Part shown: positions 1 through 10,800 of the stretch, piece after piece
How positions within the stretch are numbered: the stretch's first letter is position 1
Layout: every line of letters starts with the position of its first letter
Virus record (IMG/VR): IMGVR_UViG_3300033075_001233
Span: 64,001-122,240 of that record
Reading direction: 5' to 3' (one strand)
DNA length: 58,240 nucleotides
Source of the DNA: a virus
Taxonomy: Duplodnaviria > Heunggongvirae > Uroviricota > Caudoviricetes
Program-made: the position numbers and the translations under genes
Notes under the pieces: generated by a model
The model's database searches: none
What the model saw: the letters and a program-made list of their open reading frames with translations, nothing else
What the model was told of the DNA's origin: nothing

Positions 1-2
1 AT

Positions 3-2936
3 AAGGAAATTGATCCTAAACAAGTAGATGAGTATTCAAAAAAACTGAAACTTATAAACGACAATATCCACAAATATCAGTCTACTTATCAGTTATTCGA
101 TGAATTATATGGCGATAAAAATCTTACAGAATATCAGCAGGAAACCTATAATAAATTAGAAAGATTATCATTGGATAGTGGTAAGATTGCATCTAAAATT
201 AATACGGAATATATAAATTTTGTTAAGCAATATTATACGTCAAAAGAAGGACTTGATATATTAAAGACAGAAAAACCAATTCAAGGTTTACTAGATAGGT
301 CTATTCAAAGCTTATCTCGAATGCAAAATGTTGCTCTCCAATATCTTAGGAGTGTTACAGCTAGAGCAAACTTTCAAAAGCAAAGAGATGCAATAAAAAG
401 ACAGGAAGAACTTAGAAAATTACTAGATGCTTTCAAAAAAACAGCTCAGGCTAGAGGATTATCTCCTACAAAATATTTTACACTTCTTGTAGGTAAGAAT
501 AAGAAGGGTGATCCTATGAACCAACTTATTAAAAAGATCAAAACAGAATTCTATACAGAATTTGAAAAAGCAACAAAAGACGATCCTGATATAAACTGGA
601 TAAAACAAAATATAGACCTTGATAAGTATATTGAGGATAAACAAAAGGTGGTTCAGGAAATGTTCGATCAGGTTGATGCTAGTACGTATAGTTCTAATTC
701 CAAAGAAGATGCTAAACGTAAAGCTGAAAAGAAAGAAGATATTATAAAAATGTATTCTTTTGATACTCCAAATGCATTAGGATGGTATAGACAAGACCTC
801 AGATATTATATAAAAGATGAGGCTAAATGGGAAACAGGTGAATATAAACAAATGTCTAAGGATAAATCTATTTTAGACTTATACGATTTTATCATAAAGC
901 TCAATAAGGAAGCTAAAGATATGGGATATCATGATGACAAAACATCGTTGAGATTTCTCCCTTGGATGAGAGCCTCTATGCTCGACAGAATACGTACTTC
1001 TGGACTGTCAGCAATAGGCGATAGCATGGAATATCTATATAAACTTACTCCTGAAGAAGAAATCAGCTATTCTAAGGTTGATCCTAACACTGGAACAATT
1101 GAGAAATCTATTCCTGCATTTTTTACAAAAAACTTTGCTCCTGAAATAAGAGATGCTGATGGAAACATAGAAGGATATGATTTATCAGATGTATCTACAG
1201 ATTTAGGAGAAACCCTACCTATGTATATAGAAGCTTTATATGAATTTAAATCTTTATCAGATATTGAACAATCTGTAAAAGCTGTACGTGACGTAGAAGC
1301 CGCTAAAAAAGCGTTCCTTTTAGATGAAAAGGGTAGAATTGTTAAGGAAAAAGGAACAAATATAAACAAATTAGCTAATGATAATGAGGCAAATGTAAAA
1401 CTCTATGATAGTTTTGTGGAGGCTATTTTATATAAAAGAACATATGATAGTACAGCAAATCTGTCTACAGGGGCTACAAAAACCATCGAAAAAATGAACC
1501 AATACTTCAGATTGAAGGTGTTTGGTTTAAACATATTTACTCCAATCACCACATTTATTGGTGGTAATTTACAAGCTCTTATAAATTCAAGAAAGCTTTG
1601 GAGAGGACAGCAATTTTTAAAAAATGAAATGAAAATTGTCGGTAATCTGTTTAAAGGGGAAGAAGGTAATATAGAAAAAGGACTTATTGATTACTTTATA
1701 CCTTTTACTGAAAATAGGGCAAAACTGAATGCGGAAAGAATGTCTTTTGAGAAAATTCAAAGATTTTCATTTTCTGATTTCATCATGGCTCCTATCAGAA
1801 AGACGGATATAATGGTACAAATGGCTACATCTCTTACAATGCTTGAAAATACAGTGTTGATTGATGGTGAATTAGTAAATGCTCGTGAATATATCCTTAA
1901 CAGTAAAGAATATAGAGATCGCTATAAAGACTCATCTCAGTTAAAATCTTTAGAAAAAGACTTTGAAAAGAAAGTTAAAGAACTCGTTGATTCTAAAGGA
2001 GTTATGAAGTTTGCTAAGTTTAATAAGGACGGTCTTCTTGAAATAGAAGGAGTGTCAAGAGATTCTGATACTGTTAATAGATTGAGGCTCAGGATGTTAG
2101 ATGAAATTAAAAATCTTACAGGTAACTTAACAGAAGAAGACAAACGAGATGCAGATAGAAACATTCTCCTCAAATCAATAATGATGTTCAAAAACTGGAT
2201 TCCCAGACTTGCTGCTGTAAGATTTGGAGATTTGCAGAAAAACATTGATGCTAACCAATATGAAATGGGTAGGGTGAGAATGGTGTATCAAGTGATTAAA
2301 AATGGAGATGGTGGATGGATAAAAGGTTTATCTCATGGTATTCGTGATCTCAGAAACATGGTGGCAGGTAATGAGGAAGGTCTTAAAGCCCTCGCAAAAT
2401 ACTATGAGCGTACTGCTGAAAGTTATAAAAATAAGACAGGAAACGATCTGGAAATGACTCCTGAAGAGTTCTACGATATGACTCGTAGAGCAATAGAACA
2501 AACAGCCAAAGATGCTGCTCTTTTAGCTACATTTATGACTATGTTTATTTATGCAAAATCAGTACCACCAGACGATGACGACAGTGATGAAAACAAGAAT
2601 TTTTACAGAGTTTCTGTAAGAATGATGGATAAATTAACGGATGAAATTTCATTCTATTATAACCCTCTTTCCTTACAGCAAATTTCTACAGGTTCTTGGA
2701 TGCCATCCATAGGTATATTAACAGATGGTATTAAATTTTCAGGAAGTCTTATAAAAGAGGTTGGTGGACGTACATTTGGTGTTGAAAAATGGGAAGAAAC
2801 AGCACATCCCACCAAGAATTTTTTAAATATGTTCCCTATAGCCAATCAGTTTTCTAAGGTGTTTGTACCACTTATTGATCCTGATGTTGCTAAAGATTTG
2901 GATATACATGTATCTACAGAATCTCGTAGAAACTAA
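3..2936 (+). CDS. Large virion-associated/internal (cargo-type) protein, 5'-truncated by the window edge
   Basis: Frame is open from base 3, so the TTG at 171 is not the true start. Over 970 aa, helical and charged, directly upstream of fibre genes as in crAss-like structural modules. Function inferred from position only. Confidence 0.55.
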   Translation, partial: KEIDPKQVDEYSKKLKLINDNIHKYQSTYQLFDELYGDKNLTEYQQETYNKLERLSLDSGKIASKINTEYINFVKQYYTSKEGLDILKTEKPIQGLLDRSIQSLSRMQNVALQYLRSVTARANFQKQRDAIKRQEELRKLLDAFKKTAQARGLSPTKYFTLLVGKNKKGDPMNQLIKKIKTEFYTEFEKATKDDPDINWIKQNIDLDKYIEDKQKVVQEMFDQVDASTYSSNSKEDAKRKAEKKEDIIKMYSFDTPNALGWYRQDLRYYIKDEAKWETGEYKQMSKDKSILDLYDFIIKLNKEAKDMGYHDDKTSLRFLPWMRASMLDRIRTSGLSAIGDSMEYLYKLTPEEEISYSKVDPNTGTIEKSIPAFFTKNFAPEIRDADGNIEGYDLSDVSTDLGETLPMYIEALYEFKSLSDIEQSVKAVRDVEAAKKAFLLDEKGRIVKEKGTNINKLANDNEANVKLYDSFVEAILYKRTYDSTANLSTGATKTIEKMNQYFRLKVFGLNIFTPITTFIGGNLQALINSRKLWRGQQFLKNEMKIVGNLFKGEEGNIEKGLIDYFIPFTENRAKLNAERMSFEKIQRFSFSDFIMAPIRKTDIMVQMATSLTMLENTVLIDGELVNAREYILNSKEYRDRYKDSSQLKSLEKDFEKKVKELVDSKGVMKFAKFNKDGLLEIEGVSRDSDTVNRLRLRMLDEIKNLTGNLTEEDKRDADRNILLKSIMMFKNWIPRLAAVRFGDLQKNIDANQYEMGRVRMVYQVIKNGDGGWIKGLSHGIRDLRNMVAGNEEGLKALAKYYERTAESYKNKTGNDLEMTPEEFYDMTRRAIEQTAKDAALLATFMTMFIYAKSVPPDDDDSDENKNFYRVSVRMMDKLTDEISFYYNPLSLQQISTGSWMPSIGILTDGIKFSGSLIKEVGGRTFGVEKWEETAHPTKNFLNMFPIANQFSKVFVPLIDPDVAKDLDIHVSTESRRN

Positions 2937-2998
2937 GCTATAATAGCTTTAAAACCAATATCTTGTCTTTACTTTTACATAATTTAAATCTATATTTG
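2937..2998 (+). promoter_or_regulatory. Bacteroidota-type promoter (-7 TATATTTG at 2991-2998) with upstream GCTATAATAGC inverted repeat
   Basis: Match to the TAnnTTTG consensus 8 nt before the ATG at 3006; inverted repeat at 2937-2947. Confidence 0.6.
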
Positions 2999-3005
2999 CA
3001 CAATA

Positions 3006-3662
3006 ATGGTAAATAAAATTATTTACAAAACAGGACAAAAATTAGGAAATTTAGAATATATCTCTGAAGTAGATGCTCACGTTCGTCTCAATGGAGGAAC
3101 TAGAAGAAAAGCTATATTTAGATGCAATTGTGGGAAAGAATTTATATGTTTAATTGAAAGTATTAAGTATGGAAATACTACCTCTTGCGGATGTCTAGTA
3201 AATCGAAAAGGTGGTAAAACCACACATGGGCATACAACTAAAGTAAACAATCTAAGGACTACAGAATTTATTATATGGCAGGGTATGATTGCAAGATGTG
3301 GTGGTTATAAAACAGGTAGAAAGTATAAACGTTATGCTGCTAGGGGAATAAATGTATGTGAGAAGTGGTTAAATTCTTTTGATGATTTTTTAAAGGATAT
3401 GGGGTTTAGACCTAGTAAAAATCATAGCTTAGATAGGATAGATAATAATGGAAATTATTGTCCAGAGAACTGTAGATGGGCAACAATAAAAGAACAAAAT
3501 AGGAATAAATCTACTAACAGATTAGTTACTTTTAATGGCAAAACTCAATGTATTTCGGATTGGGCAGAAGAAATAGGTATAAATAGAGCTACATTATATG
3601 ATAGAATTGAAAATTGGCCAATAGAAAAGGCATTGACAACTCCATTAATGAGAAAAAAATAA
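3006..3662 (+). CDS. Free-standing HNH homing endonuclease
   Basis: WQGMIARC...RGINVCEKW...SLDRIDNNGNYCPENCRWAT..EQNRN, typical phage HNH core, with an N-terminal CxCG motif. Confidence 0.85.
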   Translation: MVNKIIYKTGQKLGNLEYISEVDAHVRLNGGTRRKAIFRCNCGKEFICLIESIKYGNTTSCGCLVNRKGGKTTHGHTTKVNNLRTTEFIIWQGMIARCGGYKTGRKYKRYAARGINVCEKWLNSFDDFLKDMGFRPSKNHSLDRIDNNGNYCPENCRWATIKEQNRNKSTNRLVTFNGKTQCISDWAEEIGINRATLYDRIENWPIEKALTTPLMRKK

Positions 3663-3671
3663 AAATATCGC

Positions 3672-6497
3672 ATGAATTGTAACACTATGCCAAATATAAA
3701 TAATCCATGTCCAATATACGTAAAAGCTAAATGTGTAGTGTATACAGGCCCAAATCTGGACTGTATAGAGGCTACTACTAACGAGCGTTTGGATGCAATT
3801 TTATCAAAAATTAATGATAAATTGTGTTCAATAGGGACAGGTACATACATATCTAATGGTACTGACATTTCTGTTACAGGAAATGGTACAGAATTTAATC
3901 CATATGTTATTGCCTCTACGTATTCAGGATGGAACATTAGTGGTAATAGTAATACAACTTCTGCTAACTTCTTGGGAACCACTGTTTTACAATCATTAAT
4001 CTTTAAGGTAAACAGTATTCAGGCAGGTTACATTACAGCTATGCCCGGAGCTGCATCACAAAGCTCAGGAACTGTAACACTAGGTCAGTTTGCTGGTCAG
4101 AACCTTGGTTTCAATAATGGTGCAAACACCCTAATTGGGCATGGTGCAGGTTCTTTTTTAGTATTTAATCCATCTAAAGGTAATCAAAATACATTTATAG
4201 GACTTTGGGCAGGACATGCTACTAAATATAACAGTGATCCTTCAGGTGGTCGTAGTGTATTGGTTGGACAATCTACAGGATTTAGAAACTATAATGGATC
4301 ATCACTTACTTATGTTGGAACATTTGCAGGAGAATTAAATAACCAAGGTAATAGTAATACAGGATTAGGTAGGGACGCACTTCGTTCAAATATTGATGGT
4401 AGTTTTAATATTGCAGTGGGGGGATTAGCTTCTTTATATAACACTACAGGTATTAAAACTATTGCAGTTACAAATGGGGGAAGTGGATATACATTTGCAA
4501 ATGTAACTATTTCTGCCCCTCCTGCAATAAGCCCCGGTGTATATCAGGTGACGGCAACTGCTACAGCTACTGTTTCCGGTGGACAAGTAACAGGTATAAC
4601 AATAACTAATGCCGGAGGTGGTTATTCTCTCCTTACAGGAGAAGGTGATTTTCATACAGGTATTACAGTAACTATTACAGGAGATGGTACAGGAGCAACC
4701 GCATCTGTCACTGAAACTAAATCAGGAATAGGTAATACTACTTTAGGATTTGCTGCCGGAATGAATAATAATTACGGCAGTTATAATGTAAACATTGGTT
4801 ATCTTACAGGAAATAGAACAGAAGATAGTTATACAACATTAGTAGGAACATCAGCAGGAATAGGATCAGGAGCACCGACCACTGTAACAGGCGCAATAGC
4901 AATTGGATATAATTCTAAAGTTTCCGCTGATTATACTATGGCCCTTGGTGGAACAGGCTCATATGCTGTAAATGTAGGTATCAACACTGAAACTGCCAGA
5001 AAAAAGCTTGATGTCGTTGGTGGGGATATCTTAGTACATGAACATACTATAGGTAGAGGTGCTGGTTCAATTGCTACAAATACCGTATTTGGTACAAACG
5101 CATTAACAGTTAATACAAGCTCTTCCCCAAATAATGTTATAATAGGATATGAAGCTTCTAATACAGGTAATGTATCATATGGATATAATACAATTTTAGG
5201 ATATAGAGCAAATTATAGTGGTAGTTATAGTGGAGCAGCTAATACTATTATTGGTGCTGAAGCAGCTTATCTAAATCACGCTCAACAAGCAGTTGCTATA
5301 GGATTTAGAGCAATGTATACACAAGGTAGTAACGGATCAATAGCCATAGGTGCTTATTCTCTCTATAATAACGTTCATAATGGATTTAGTTCCAGACAAT
5401 GGAATACTGCTATTGGAGAATATTCCTTCTATAATTATGGAGGAGCAGGTTTAGCTCAAACCAATACTGGATATGGTGCATATTCTGGATATGGTATTAC
5501 AGCAGGTGATTATAACACATCTATAGGTGCTCTATCAATGGGTAAGGGATGGAGTGGTGTAGGTACAGCTGGTTCATCAGGAGGACATAATGTAGCTTTA
5601 GGACATGCAGCATTGTATTATATAAATAACTCTACCGGTAATATTGGGATAGGTTTTGGAGCTTTTAATGGAGCTACCTTTGCTCCCACAGTAGGATATA
5701 ATATTGGTATTGGATATAATGTAGGTACTCTGTTGACAACAGGTAACTATAACGTACTGATAGGTAGTACAACAGGTGCAAGCTATGCTACACTTTCAAA
5801 TTATATGATATTTGCTGATGGTCAAGGTAATGAAAGGTTTAATGTAAACAATTCTGGAAAAATGAGAATTTTCTCATATGGAGTTGGAACACATACAGGA
5901 ACACCTACATATAATCTTTCTGTAGATACTAATGGTAATGTTATAGAAACAGCAATACCAGCTACATCCTATACTTTTGCAAATGGCCTTACCGAGACAT
6001 CTGGAACAGTACATTTAGGTGGAGTCTTAATTGAAGATACTACAATAGATGGTTCTGAAAATATCTATGATATGACATTTGCTAGTATAAAAGCATTTGC
6101 TATTCAAGATACTTTAGAATTTAATATAAATACACTTGCCAGTGTAAACCAAGGAACTTCAATCAGAGGTAAAATTGCAATTAAAGGAGCTTCATCTCCT
6201 GCACAAATTACCGCAGATCAGAATGATTATTCACCTACAGACTTAAATTTAAATTCAGTACTTCGTCTCTCATCTGATGCCTCCCGAACAATTACAGGAT
6301 TAAATTTAGGGTATGAAGGAAGAATTATATATATTTTCAATATAGGTACAAATAATATTATACTTTCTAACGAAAATATATTATCTACCGCAGCAAATAG
6401 ATTCAAAATCGGATCAGATATTACAATAGCTGCTGATAAAGGAGTACAATTATGGTATGACATAACATCTAGCAGATGGAGAGCAGTAGCCATTTAA
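3672..6497 (+). CDS. Tail/head fibre protein with Gly/Asn-rich beta-roll (NTxxGxxA) repeats
   Basis: Cys-rich N-terminal anchor (CPIYVKAKCVVYTGPNLDC), many NTxIGxxA-like repeats and a GGSGY-type insert. Confidence 0.75.
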   Translation: MNCNTMPNINNPCPIYVKAKCVVYTGPNLDCIEATTNERLDAILSKINDKLCSIGTGTYISNGTDISVTGNGTEFNPYVIASTYSGWNISGNSNTTSANFLGTTVLQSLIFKVNSIQAGYITAMPGAASQSSGTVTLGQFAGQNLGFNNGANTLIGHGAGSFLVFNPSKGNQNTFIGLWAGHATKYNSDPSGGRSVLVGQSTGFRNYNGSSLTYVGTFAGELNNQGNSNTGLGRDALRSNIDGSFNIAVGGLASLYNTTGIKTIAVTNGGSGYTFANVTISAPPAISPGVYQVTATATATVSGGQVTGITITNAGGGYSLLTGEGDFHTGITVTITGDGTGATASVTETKSGIGNTTLGFAAGMNNNYGSYNVNIGYLTGNRTEDSYTTLVGTSAGIGSGAPTTVTGAIAIGYNSKVSADYTMALGGTGSYAVNVGINTETARKKLDVVGGDILVHEHTIGRGAGSIATNTVFGTNALTVNTSSSPNNVIIGYEASNTGNVSYGYNTILGYRANYSGSYSGAANTIIGAEAAYLNHAQQAVAIGFRAMYTQGSNGSIAIGAYSLYNNVHNGFSSRQWNTAIGEYSFYNYGGAGLAQTNTGYGAYSGYGITAGDYNTSIGALSMGKGWSGVGTAGSSGGHNVALGHAALYYINNSTGNIGIGFGAFNGATFAPTVGYNIGIGYNVGTLLTTGNYNVLIGSTTGASYATLSNYMIFADGQGNERFNVNNSGKMRIFSYGVGTHTGTPTYNLSVDTNGNVIETAIPATSYTFANGLTETSGTVHLGGVLIEDTTIDGSENIYDMTFASIKAFAIQDTLEFNINTLASVNQGTSIRGKIAIKGASSPAQITADQNDYSPTDLNLNSVLRLSSDASRTITGLNLGYEGRIIYIFNIGTNNIILSNENILSTAANRFKIGSDITIAADKGVQLWYDITSSRWRAVAI

Positions 6498-6516
6498 TAT
6501 TAATTAAAATTTTTAT

Positions 6517-7056
6517 ATGAATTGGGTTGAACTTTTTGGAGAAATTTTCAAATTTTTTAATAATTTATTTCATCTTCCATCTCGTCAAATAAAAAGAATT
6601 GTATCAATATATGATACAATGCATAGAATTCTGGATGATACGGAAGTACAGCAGGTGCTAGTATTTAAAGTGCATAATGGAGGTGGGCTTATAAAACCCA
6701 ATTCTCCAATATTTGTTTCTGTTTTATATGAAGATTACACTACACCAATAAGAAGTATAAAAGATAGTTATCAGCGTCTTGAAGTAGATAGAGAATATTT
6801 GAAAATGTTATCTGAATTATATGAAAAGAAACATATAAAAGTAAAAACTAATAAGTTGATTCCCAAATCATTACAACATAGTTTGAATATTCTTGAAGGA
6901 ATTCAATATATGGAATTCTTTTTCTTGGGTCAGGATAGACGAAATGTATATTTTTGTGTATGCTCTTCCGTATGGGAAAATGGATGGAGTGAAAAACTAG
7001 ATCAAGATGCATTTGTAAAATTATCTATAAATTCTATAAAGAATAACATTAGATAA
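6517..7056 (+). CDS. Hypothetical protein, possibly holin-like with a GAF-like domain
   Basis: Short hydrophobic N-terminus followed by ILDDTEVQQVLVFKVHNGGG, reminiscent of GAF-like soluble domains of phage holins. Weak. Confidence 0.3.
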   Translation: MNWVELFGEIFKFFNNLFHLPSRQIKRIVSIYDTMHRILDDTEVQQVLVFKVHNGGGLIKPNSPIFVSVLYEDYTTPIRSIKDSYQRLEVDREYLKMLSELYEKKHIKVKTNKLIPKSLQHSLNILEGIQYMEFFFLGQDRRNVYFCVCSSVWENGWSEKLDQDAFVKLSINSIKNNIR

Positions 7057-7118
7057 GCTACAATAGCATTATTATTAGTATATTTCACTGGTTTTACCAA
7101 ATAATCATTGTATTTTTG
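7057..7118 (+). promoter_or_regulatory. Bacteroidota-type promoter (-7 TATTTTTG at 7111-7118) with upstream GCTACAATAGC inverted repeat
   Basis: Same architecture and same 54-nt spacing as 2937-2998. Confidence 0.6.
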
Positions 7119-7135
7119 CAAAAAAAATAACTACA

Positions 7136-7885
7136 ATGAAAATCTGTTGGATTACATGCTTTGCAGGAAGACACGATAAAGTCGAAAGAGTAATTAAGTG
7201 CTTTATTGATCAGGTGTATGATGAACCTATATATCTTCTTTTATACAATAATTCAAAAATTTCTCAGTATTTGGATTATATACAAATGCCTGAAAATAAG
7301 CAAATTATACTAGTTAATAACTATTTAGATAAAGAAACAGGACAAGAATATACTAATACAGGAGCTATATTCAGAGATGCTCTCACCTTTGTACCAACAG
7401 ATGTAAATGTTGTCACTTTTGCAGATAGTGATGATATATTTCTACCACTACATACAAGAGAAGGAATAGATGGATATAAACGTGCAATTTTATTGAATCC
7501 CCAATTTAAAGCGTATAAACCATTCTATTCATATTATATACATGATAATAATCAGGTAGATAAGGCTCATAATAATATGGAGCCTTCTATTTTTGTAAAT
7601 TTTGATTATGTGAAAAATACAGGATTTCATTATGTTCCTGCATCATACCATCAAAAATGGCTTACTCCTCTGCAAAGAAACTACGAAATTTATCAACCGT
7701 TAGACGGTGTACCTACATTCCTATATTGTTGGGAATCAGGTCATAATACACATAAAATATCAGGACTTGGTGATCATGCTGATAATTTTGCAAATCATCG
7801 AAAATTTGAATCAGATGATGGTGATGGTGTATTATCTCCAGCTTTAGACTATGAAGTGGAGAAATATTATACATTAATAAAATAG
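7136..7885 (+). CDS. GT-A fold (GT2-like) glycosyltransferase
   Basis: N-terminal ICWITCFAGRHDKVERVIKCFIDQ matches the GT2 start; DxDD motif FADSDDIFLP. Confidence 0.75.
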   Translation: MKICWITCFAGRHDKVERVIKCFIDQVYDEPIYLLLYNNSKISQYLDYIQMPENKQIILVNNYLDKETGQEYTNTGAIFRDALTFVPTDVNVVTFADSDDIFLPLHTREGIDGYKRAILLNPQFKAYKPFYSYYIHDNNQVDKAHNNMEPSIFVNFDYVKNTGFHYVPASYHQKWLTPLQRNYEIYQPLDGVPTFLYCWESGHNTHKISGLGDHADNFANHRKFESDDGDGVLSPALDYEVEKYYTLIK

Positions 7886-7892
7886 AAATAAA

Positions 7893-10800
7893 TTGCCAAT
7901 TTTAAATAACTTTGGTCCTATTGTTATATCGAATACAAATTCTACCTCAATTACTTTAGATAATTGTGCAGTAGAAAATGTCATTGGTGTAGGTAGTGCT
8001 AAAATATACGTTAATAATAAAATGAGTATTCTTGGAAAAGTTAAATTCCAAGATGCTAATAATGTATCTTTTGGTATGAATGGATCAGTTATTACAGCAT
8101 CTGCTCTAGCTGGATCAGGTGCTAATTTTGTTTTAAGTAATAGCAATGGTATCAGTTTTGGTACAACAGGTAGTGTAGTAACAGCAAGCTATACGTCTCC
8201 CACTGACTATTTTTCTTCAAATCAGTCAACACTTTTACAGCTCACTGCAAATAACAGTCTTTCTCTAGGTACTAGCTATACTTCTCACACACATAGTCAA
8301 TATTTAAATACCTCACAATCTACTCTGTTTTTAACAAATCAGAGTGTACAACCTATATCAATATCTGCCTCAAATATATCAACTATCCTAAGTATGTTAC
8401 AATTAGGTAGTGAAAATGGCCTAACTTTATATCTTAGCAATGGCTCTATATTAGGTAGTTATACGGATAGTGGAGGTGCTGGTGGAGATGGTATTAATAG
8501 AATATCAGCAGGTACACAAATAGCAGGACTTACACAAACTATTGTACTTAGTAATTCAAATAATGTAAGTTTTGGAATGTCTAATAACTCAGTGGTTACA
8601 GCCTCTGCAAGTTATTCACAACCAACTGATTATATATCTACAGCTCAAAGTAGTCTTTTCCAACAGACATCATTAATGTCTAATTATTTAGGAACAGATT
8701 ATACTTCACATAGTCATTCTCAATATATTAATACTTCTCAAAGTAGCTTATTTCAAGCCACTTCTGATAATTCTTTATCTTTAGGTACTGATTATACTAG
8801 TCATACACACTCTCAATATGTAAATACGTCTCAATCTTCTGTATTTCAGCAAACTTCCTTAATGAGTAATTATTTAGGAACTGCTGCTACTCAGTCATTT
8901 AGACATACTTCTGCGGATACACAATTATTATTTACATCTCAATCATCTCTTTTCCAAGCAACATCAGATAATTCTTTATCACTTGGAACAGGATATACTA
9001 CACACACTCATAGTCAGTATATAAATACTAACCAAAGCAGTTTATTTGCTCTCACTGCAAATGATTCGCTTTCTTTAGGTACAGGATACACTACACATAC
9101 TCACTCTCAATATCTGAATACTTCTCAATCTTCAATTTTTGAGCAGTCTTCACATACTACAGCATTTGCATTAGTGTCACATAGTCATGGTAATCCAACC
9201 CTTGCATTAACAAACATATCAGGCAGCACTGCCTCAAATTCAGGTGGATTTACTTTATCCCTGTCTGCTAATCCTGCGGGTGGTGCAGATGGATACAATA
9301 TTTTAGCTGCGGGTACACAAACTGCTAATACTACAGGTACTGTTGTTTTATCAAATAGTAATGGTATGTCTTTTGGTATGAGTAATAGTAGCATTATAAC
9401 TGCCTCATATACAGTGCCTACAGATTATATATCCACTGGACAATCATCTTTATTCTTTCAGACATCTAATTCATCTTTATTTGAATTATCGTCTCATACC
9501 ACTATATTTTTAACTACACAAAGCGGTCAGGCGTTTAGTGCAGGTGCAGCATCGTCTGTATTCCAAACTTTATCTTTCCAAGATAGTAATGGTGTATCTT
9601 TTAGCAATAATGCTGGTGGAATCAGAGTTTCACACGCTCTTCAGTTTACAAGTAATACATCAGCGATCACTGCAAATGCTATTAACACCTCTCAAAGTAG
9701 TCTTTTTCAGCACACTTCAGCTACATCAGCTATTACAAGTAATGCTCTAAATACTTCTCAGAGTTCATTATTTCAACATACTTCCGCAACTTCCGCAATT
9801 ACATCTAATGCATTAAATACCAGTGTTTCACGAGTTGTAAATATTGTAGCTGCGACAAATAATACTGGCGGTGGTACAGCTTCCCTGTCTAATAATGTAT
9901 CCTTTAGCAATGCTAATGGAATGACATTCTACACATCTGCCGGAAGTGCTATAGTTGCTAGTTATAGTGTACCTACTCTAACAAATAGCTCATTGACGAT
10001 GCAAGCAGGAGCATCAACGTTAAGCTCTGTCAGCAGAATTGCCTTTGTAGATAGCAATGGTGTATCATTTGGAGCTTCCACTTCAAATAATGGATCAATT
10101 ACTATAACCGCTACAGTAGCAACAACTTATGCTGCATCTAACCACTCACATGGTAACCCTACATTAGCGTTAACTAATCTGACTGGTACTACTGCTTCTG
10201 CGTCAAATGGATTTACCTTATCTCTTTCAGCAGCAGCACCGGGAGCTGGTGGTGGTATTGTATTGGCTAACTCACAAACAACTTACACTTCAGGTACAGT
10301 GAATTTATCTGGAGCTGGAGCAATCACAATTCAGTCTACTACAGGACAATCTTTCCAGATTAGTGTTCCTGCAACATCTTCATTGTCAGCAACTGGTATA
10401 GTTTCCATCTCAACAAATGGTTCCACAGTATCTATTGGAGCTTCTCAGAGTAACCAGAATATATCATTATATGCTCTTGGAAACACTACTCAAAACTCTT
10501 CTACTGTATTGAATGCCAGCGTTTTATCTCTGAATGGATTACAAGGTATTACAGTAGGATTCTCAAATGGTAGTATCCAACTTAGTGGTGCAACTGGTGG
10601 AACAGGTGGTGGAGGAGGTATAGCTTTAGCTAACTCTCAAACTACATACACATCTGGTACAGCCCACTTATCAGGTGCCGGTGCAATCACTATACAATCT
10701 ACAACAGGTCAGTCTTATATTGTGAGTGCTCCCGGATCATCATCTATTTCTGGAACAGGTCATGTATCTATTTCAGTTAATGCTTCAACAATTAGTATTG

